A DNA stretch of 64,000 nucleotides from assembly GCA_040776945.1 (NCBI GenBank), contig JAXGZN010000001.1, forward strand, positions 960,001 through 1,024,000, written 5' to 3'. The notes below the pieces were generated by a model. The model was given only the letters and a program-made list of their open reading frames with translations. It did no database searches and had not been told where the DNA came from. The position numbers were made by a program, and so were the translations under genes. The stretch comes from Methanomassiliicoccaceae archaeon. Its GTDB lineage: Archaea; Thermoplasmatota; Thermoplasmata; Methanomassiliicoccales; Methanomassiliicoccaceae. This document shows positions 59,533-64,000 of the stretch, one piece after another; within the stretch, counting starts at the first letter, position 1, and every line of letters starts with the position of its first letter.

Positions 59533-60984
59533 ATGCCACGCGTTCTGGAATGCCCGAGATGCGGTGCAGGGATAGGTCATAACGACACCCAGTGCTGGCG
59601 CTGCGGCGAGCCTGTGAAAGGAGGCAGCGGAAGCGCAAGGCTCAACGCCCTCTCCATGGGCAAGACGCCCGGTCCGGCCATCCGCGATCTACGTAATTCC
59701 AAGAACAAGGAGGTCCCCCGAACACAGCCGATGATACGGCCTATAGTCGAGCCCTACAACGGCCGGGAGAAGGAGCTGGCCGACAGAGAGAGGGAAGTGA
59801 GGGAGACCATGGCGGCCCTTGAGGCCGAGGCTAAGGAGCTGGAGGCCGCCGCCGCTGAACTGGAGAAGGAACGGCTCTCTCTCAAGGAGGCCAGAGACCG
59901 CGTCATGAGGCGGGAGGAGGAGCTGGACGCAAAGGCGATACTCCTTGAGGACATCCTCACGGTGACGCAGGAGATCAAGGCCGATGGCCCGGCAACACTC
60001 TCCGAGGACGATCGGGAGGTGCTTGAGGAGGCCAGAGCCGAGCTGGGCTCGGTGCTGGACGAGGAGAGGGAGCGGATACGCCGGGAGGTGGAGAGGGAGA
60101 TGGCCGACCAGCTCACCCGCATCCATCAGCTGGAGGTGGAGCTCAGGATCGCCAGGTCCCAGTTGGACGAGGTCCCCGAACCCGAGCCCGCGATCGACAT
60201 CTCTCGCGTGCTGTCCCAGGTTGTGGCCGAGATGCGTCCTCAGATAGGAGCGGGGACATCCGCGGACATGGCAATGGGATCGATATCCACACACGTGGAA
60301 CGTCTCGATCAGATACTGGCAGGAGGGGTTCCCGAGGGCAGCGTGGTGTTGGTCAATGGTCCTCCAGGAAGCATGAAGACCTCTCTCACGTTCAACATCC
60401 TACACAACTCCGCGGCCAAGAGCGCGATGAAGGGGCTCTTCCTGTCGCTGGAGCAGGACAGCGCCTCCCTGCTGAGGCAGATGGCCCGTCTGGGTATGAA
60501 CAGGGACGAGTCACTGGACCGCCTCATGGTGGTGGACCTGATCGACCTCCGCAGGAGCATGGAAGGCCAGAGCGGAGACTGGCGCAGGATAATCGCCCGC
60601 TACGTGGAGGAAACGGTGAGGGCCAACGGCATCAAGGTGCTGGCGCTGGATTCCCTTGAGTCGTTCGCCGCGATGTCCCAGATAGAGCTGACGAGGGCCG
60701 AGGTCCAGGACCTTTTCGATCACTTCCGCTCGCTGGGCCTGACCACCTTCATCATATCCGAGACGCCCATGGCCAGACTGGAAGGCGACCAGAGGATGGA
60801 GCTGTACGTGGCCGATGGAGCCCTGGAGCTCTCCCTTAAGGAGACAGGCGATTGTCGAATGCAGCGGTGGCTGAGATGCGTGAAGATGAGAGGGGCGAAC
60901 ATCGATCCTCGCTTCTACTGCATGATGCACGCCGGGGGCTCGTTCATATTCAGCGTGCCGATGAACAGGGTATGCGCTGAGTAG
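59533..60984 (+). CDS. Zn-ribbon plus coiled-coil plus KaiC/RAD55-like ATPase
   Basis: CPRCG..CWRCG; Glu/Arg-rich heptads; GGVP, GPPGSMKTS, SLEQ, LALDSL, KMRG. Confidence 0.86.
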   Translation: MPRVLECPRCGAGIGHNDTQCWRCGEPVKGGSGSARLNALSMGKTPGPAIRDLRNSKNKEVPRTQPMIRPIVEPYNGREKELADREREVRETMAALEAEAKELEAAAAELEKERLSLKEARDRVMRREEELDAKAILLEDILTVTQEIKADGPATLSEDDREVLEEARAELGSVLDEERERIRREVEREMADQLTRIHQLEVELRIARSQLDEVPEPEPAIDISRVLSQVVAEMRPQIGAGTSADMAMGSISTHVERLDQILAGGVPEGSVVLVNGPPGSMKTSLTFNILHNSAAKSAMKGLFLSLEQDSASLLRQMARLGMNRDESLDRLMVVDLIDLRRSMEGQSGDWRRIIARYVEETVRANGIKVLALDSLESFAAMSQIELTRAEVQDLFDHFRSLGLTTFIISETPMARLEGDQRMELYVADGALELSLKETGDCRMQRWLRCVKMRGANIDPRFYCMMHAGGSFIFSVPMNRVCAE

Positions 60985-61433
60985 CAATGGCCGCCATTGT
61001 ATGATCGGACGCAGGCCTTTCCATAGGCGCATGAAAGGCTTCCGCTCTACCCGGACAAAATGAGGGCAGTTCAGCGACGGCAGCATCGGTCCAATCCATC
61101 ACCACATGAGCGACGCTCGGCCGACCGTGACCCTATGGGACCATCTAGAACGAGGGGCCTCGGAGCGAACGCCCCTTTGCAGGCGGTCAGGTCCCACAAC
61201 GGCAGCGGTGCTTTCAGCCCGGCTTTGGAACGATCGACCGAGGTGCTGGCTGAACCGGTTGGGAGCGAGCGCCTTTTCCATCGTCACTAGTGCGGCAGCG
61301 GGCGAACGGACATCGATGAGGATGATGAGCATCGATCCCTTCAACACCTCCTCGCCCCGCTTTCAATGAGGGACTTCCAGCTCGCATAGGTTAAATACAA
61401 AAATCATAATTTAGCCAGCGGAGGAACGAGACC

Positions 61434-62147
61434 TTGCAGATCGAGCGCCTGAGAACATATATCCAGAACTTTGACGAGAACCTACAGGGGGGGATTCCCA
61501 AGAACCAGGTCGTTCTGCTCACCGGGACCCCCGGCACAATGAAGTCCTCGGTCGCCTACAGCATCCTCTATTACAATGCTCTGGAGAAGGGCATCAAGTC
61601 GGTGTACATGACCCTCGAGCAGTCCAGGGAGAACCTGCTGCAACAGATGAACTCGCTGGGCATGGACGACAAGCGCGCCGAGGACTACATCCAGATACTG
61701 GACCTAGGTCTGATCCGCAAGAACCTCACCCAACTCAGCGCCAAAGGCACCTGGCTCCAGGTTTTCAAGATGTACGCCGACAATCTGAAGCAGAGCTTTG
61801 GGTACGATATTCTCGTGGTCGACTCCCTTGACGTCCTGGAAATGGCCGCCCAGATGGAGGACAGTCGGCGCTCGGAACTGTTCTATCTCTTTGAGTGGCT
61901 GAGAAACCTCAACGTCACTTCGTTCCTCATATCCGAGACCACGCCGGACAACATGTTCGAGAACAGGTTCGATGAAGGTTACCTCGCCGACGGCGTGATC
62001 TCCCTTAAGCTTCAAGAGATCGGAGAGACCGATATACAGAGACGCATCAGGTGCATCAAGCTTAGGAGCACCAACCACAAGACCGGTTACTTCTCACTGC
62101 TGTTCGCGGAGGGCAAGTTCCGCGCCACCCAGGTCATCACCGAGTGA
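61434..62147 (+). CDS. Single-domain KaiC/RAD55-like ATPase (paralog of 58810)
   Basis: GTPGTMKSS, TLEQ, LVVDSL, LFYLFEWLR, DEGYLADG, KLR. Confidence 0.88.
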   Translation: MQIERLRTYIQNFDENLQGGIPKNQVVLLTGTPGTMKSSVAYSILYYNALEKGIKSVYMTLEQSRENLLQQMNSLGMDDKRAEDYIQILDLGLIRKNLTQLSAKGTWLQVFKMYADNLKQSFGYDILVVDSLDVLEMAAQMEDSRRSELFYLFEWLRNLNVTSFLISETTPDNMFENRFDEGYLADGVISLKLQEIGETDIQRRIRCIKLRSTNHKTGYFSLLFAEGKFRATQVITE

Positions 62148-62261
62148 TGGCCGGTACGCCGGGGACTGGAAGCAGGCCCCCTCCTTCCAAGGCGAGCCTG
62201 CCGGCGTTCGGCCCCTCCCCCAGCGAGCGATGGGCATGCGCCCATCGCCGATGATTGGACC

Positions 62262-62729
62262 TTATTCGATCTCCAGCTTCCTGGTGGCCTCGGGTGCCCT
62301 CTCCTTCTTGGGCATCTCTATGGTCAGGAGGCCGTTCTCCAGCCTGGCGGTCGCCTTTGTGCTGTCTGCGTCCTCAGGAAGAGGCACTTGGCGGTAAAAG
62401 GACAACGATTCCCTCTCCCTGCGTACATAGCCCTCCCTCTTCTCCTCCGTCTCAGCTTCCCGCTCGGCCTCGATGGTGATGCTTTCCTCACTGACGTCGA
62501 TGGAGACCTCCTCCTTCTTTACGCCTGGGAGCTCAGCCTCTACGATGTACCGCTCGCCCTCGTCCAATATGTCCACCATCGGGATCCGGCCAGTTGGGCC
62601 GCCGAACGGCATCGCCTCGCTGAACCCTGCCTTGAGGTCATCGATCAAGCGCTCCATCTCTTTCAACATGGCGCTCGTGCCCCAATATCCCATGGGGACC
62701 AGGTATCCTACTCTCTTTCTGATCGACAT
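62262..62729 (-). CDS. Small heat-shock protein Hsp20
   Basis: P.VD......Y...AELPGV.KE, F.R.V.LP, A.LENGLL.I..PK. Confidence 0.93.
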   Translation of the reverse strand: MSIRKRVGYLVPMGYWGTSAMLKEMERLIDDLKAGFSEAMPFGGPTGRIPMVDILDEGERYIVEAELPGVKKEEVSIDVSEESITIEAEREAETEEKREGYVRRERESLSFYRQVPLPEDADSTKATARLENGLLTIEMPKKERAPEATRKLEIE

Positions 62730-62735
62730 GCGAAT

Positions 62736-62795
62736 CCTCCTGAAATCTATACAACTTCAGGTTTACAACATATTATGTGTTGTCCTTTCTATAAA
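62736..62795 (-). promoter_or_regulatory. hsp20 promoter: TATA, operator-like inverted repeat and SD-overlapping 5'UTR hairpin
   Basis: TTTATA at 62795-62790; ACAACA-N7-TGTTGT at 62765-62783; 9-bp stem at 62739-62761 ending in the AGG of AGGAGG. Confidence 0.55.
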
Positions 62796-62823
62796 TAATT
62801 TTGGAAAAGGTTTAGGTCGGCCG

Positions 62824-64000
62824 TCAGAAGTAGTACCAGATGCTGGCATATTCCGAGATGTCCTCTGACCTCTCATGCAGGCGCTCCAGGTAGCTCAGGA
62901 TGGGAACGTCGCGGTAAACGTAGGTCGGAGCCGAAACGATGTTCTTTTCCCATGGATGGAACTCGTATATCCTCTCGCCCTGGGGAGAGATCATGATCAG
63001 ATCATGGTTCTGCCAGTTGGTCAGGTTGTTCTTGCCCAGAGCGGGGATGTTGAACACCGGGACGTCCGTGCGCGCGAGCCCGGGTACCATTCTGGCCTCC
63101 TCCTTGCGCTCTTGCAGGATACGAGCGATGGGCACCCGGTACCACGTGGTCTCCTCCTTCCCCTTGGTATTGAATGTATAGTAGGGATCCACCCCGATCT
63201 GCTTGAGCAGGAGGCGCAGTGCGACCGTTTCGAACCTTCGGCTGTTCTCTATGGTGAATACCTGTTGATTGTATGCAGAGAGACCGTTCCTGCGAACGCG
63301 GCGTATGGACTCCATCGCCTCTGGCGTGACCTCATAGGGATGCTCGAAGTGAGTGACCAGGCAGACCTCTCGTCTTATGGGGTCGTTGAACTCGCCCAGC
63401 ATATTGACGAGGTGGTCGGTGAACCGCATCGGGAGGACCACCGGCAGGCGGGTCCCGAACCTTACTCGCTTGATATGCTCAATGCCGGCGACGCGATCGA
63501 GCAGCCGCTCAAGCCGCTCATCGGAGAGCAGGAGCGGGTCGCCGCCGGTGATCAGCATCTCGGAGACCATCGGATGCTCCTCGAACCACTCGATGGCCTC
63601 CTTCATCTTGGTCTCCGTGGCCAAAGCTTCCGGGCTGAGCACCTCGTCTATCTCCCAGTTCCTCTGGCAGTAGACGCAGATCTGGGCGCAGCTGTTGTAC
63701 GGCTTCAGGATGGCGATCATGGGGTAGCGCCGGGTCACCAGGTCGATGGGCGAGGTGTCGCCCTCCCGCATGAAGTCCAGCGATCCCCTGCCCCTGCTGT
63801 CGAGGATCCCTTGGACGTAGCTCAGCGGAGGAATGACCTGGGCCCTGACCGCATGGTCATGCTGCCGGTGGGGCTCGTAGTCTATCAATGACAGGTAGTA
63901 CGGTGTGATGCCGAACGGTACATGGTTCTTCACTGCCAGATCGATGGCCTCTCTTTCCTCGGCAGTAAGCTCTATAAGTCCCTCGAGATCACTGGCCTTC
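62824..64000 (-). CDS. KamA-family radical SAM protein (lysine 2,3-aminomutase-like), N-terminus beyond the window
   Basis: ITPYY, LVTRRYP, CAQICVYCQR, ITGGDPL, GTRLPV, HFEHPYE, YNQQV. Confidence 0.88.
   Translation of the reverse strand, partial: KASDLEGLIELTAEEREAIDLAVKNHVPFGITPYYLSLIDYEPHRQHDHAVRAQVIPPLSYVQGILDSRGRGSLDFMREGDTSPIDLVTRRYPMIAILKPYNSCAQICVYCQRNWEIDEVLSPEALATETKMKEAIEWFEEHPMVSEMLITGGDPLLLSDERLERLLDRVAGIEHIKRVRFGTRLPVVLPMRFTDHLVNMLGEFNDPIRREVCLVTHFEHPYEVTPEAMESIRRVRRNGLSAYNQQVFTIENSRRFETVALRLLLKQIGVDPYYTFNTKGKEETTWYRVPIARILQERKEEARMVPGLARTDVPVFNIPALGKNNLTNWQNHDLIMISPQGERIYEFHPWEKNIVSAPTYVYRDVPILSYLERLHERSEDISEYASIWYYF

Noticed and set aside
60985-61433. 82-87 aa ORFs on both strands between the KaiC-like genes
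   Set aside because: Atypical composition and no motifs; the minus-strand GAGGAGG is badly spaced from a start codon
1-64000. CRISPR arrays, IS elements, rRNA, prophage genes
   Set aside because: No regularly spaced direct repeats, transposase or integrase motifs, or rRNA signatures were seen on reading

Overview
High-GC archaeal chromosomal segment, densely packed with about 70 housekeeping and metabolic genes and one tRNA-Lys(CUU). The mix of archaeal information genes (PCNA, GINS, TFS, Alba, MBF1, PAN, thermosome), grpE-dnaK-dnaJ, non-oxidative pentose phosphate genes and Hdr/MvhD subunits points to a Thermoplasmatota methanogen of the Methanomassiliicoccales type (inference). No integrase, transposase or CRISPR array was seen. 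Main points of interest: (1) three clustered KaiC/RAD55-like ATPases that all carry a Gly-to-Met Walker A (GxPGxMK[ST]), plus a DUF835 protein; (2) gdhA ending in TAG in frame with a downstream HTH regulator, a possible amber/pyrrolysine read-through fusion; (3) a hairpin covering part of the hsp20 Shine-Dalgarno, plus an operator-like repeat; (4) a contiguous R15P isomerase-RubisCO-AMP phosphorylase operon; (5) an HdrA-less mvhD-hdrD / hdrC-hdrB cluster split by catalase and an unannotated 57-aa Cys4 microprotein; (6) a decayed transglutaminase gene with an in-frame TAG. Products are called from recognised motifs only; no database search was run.
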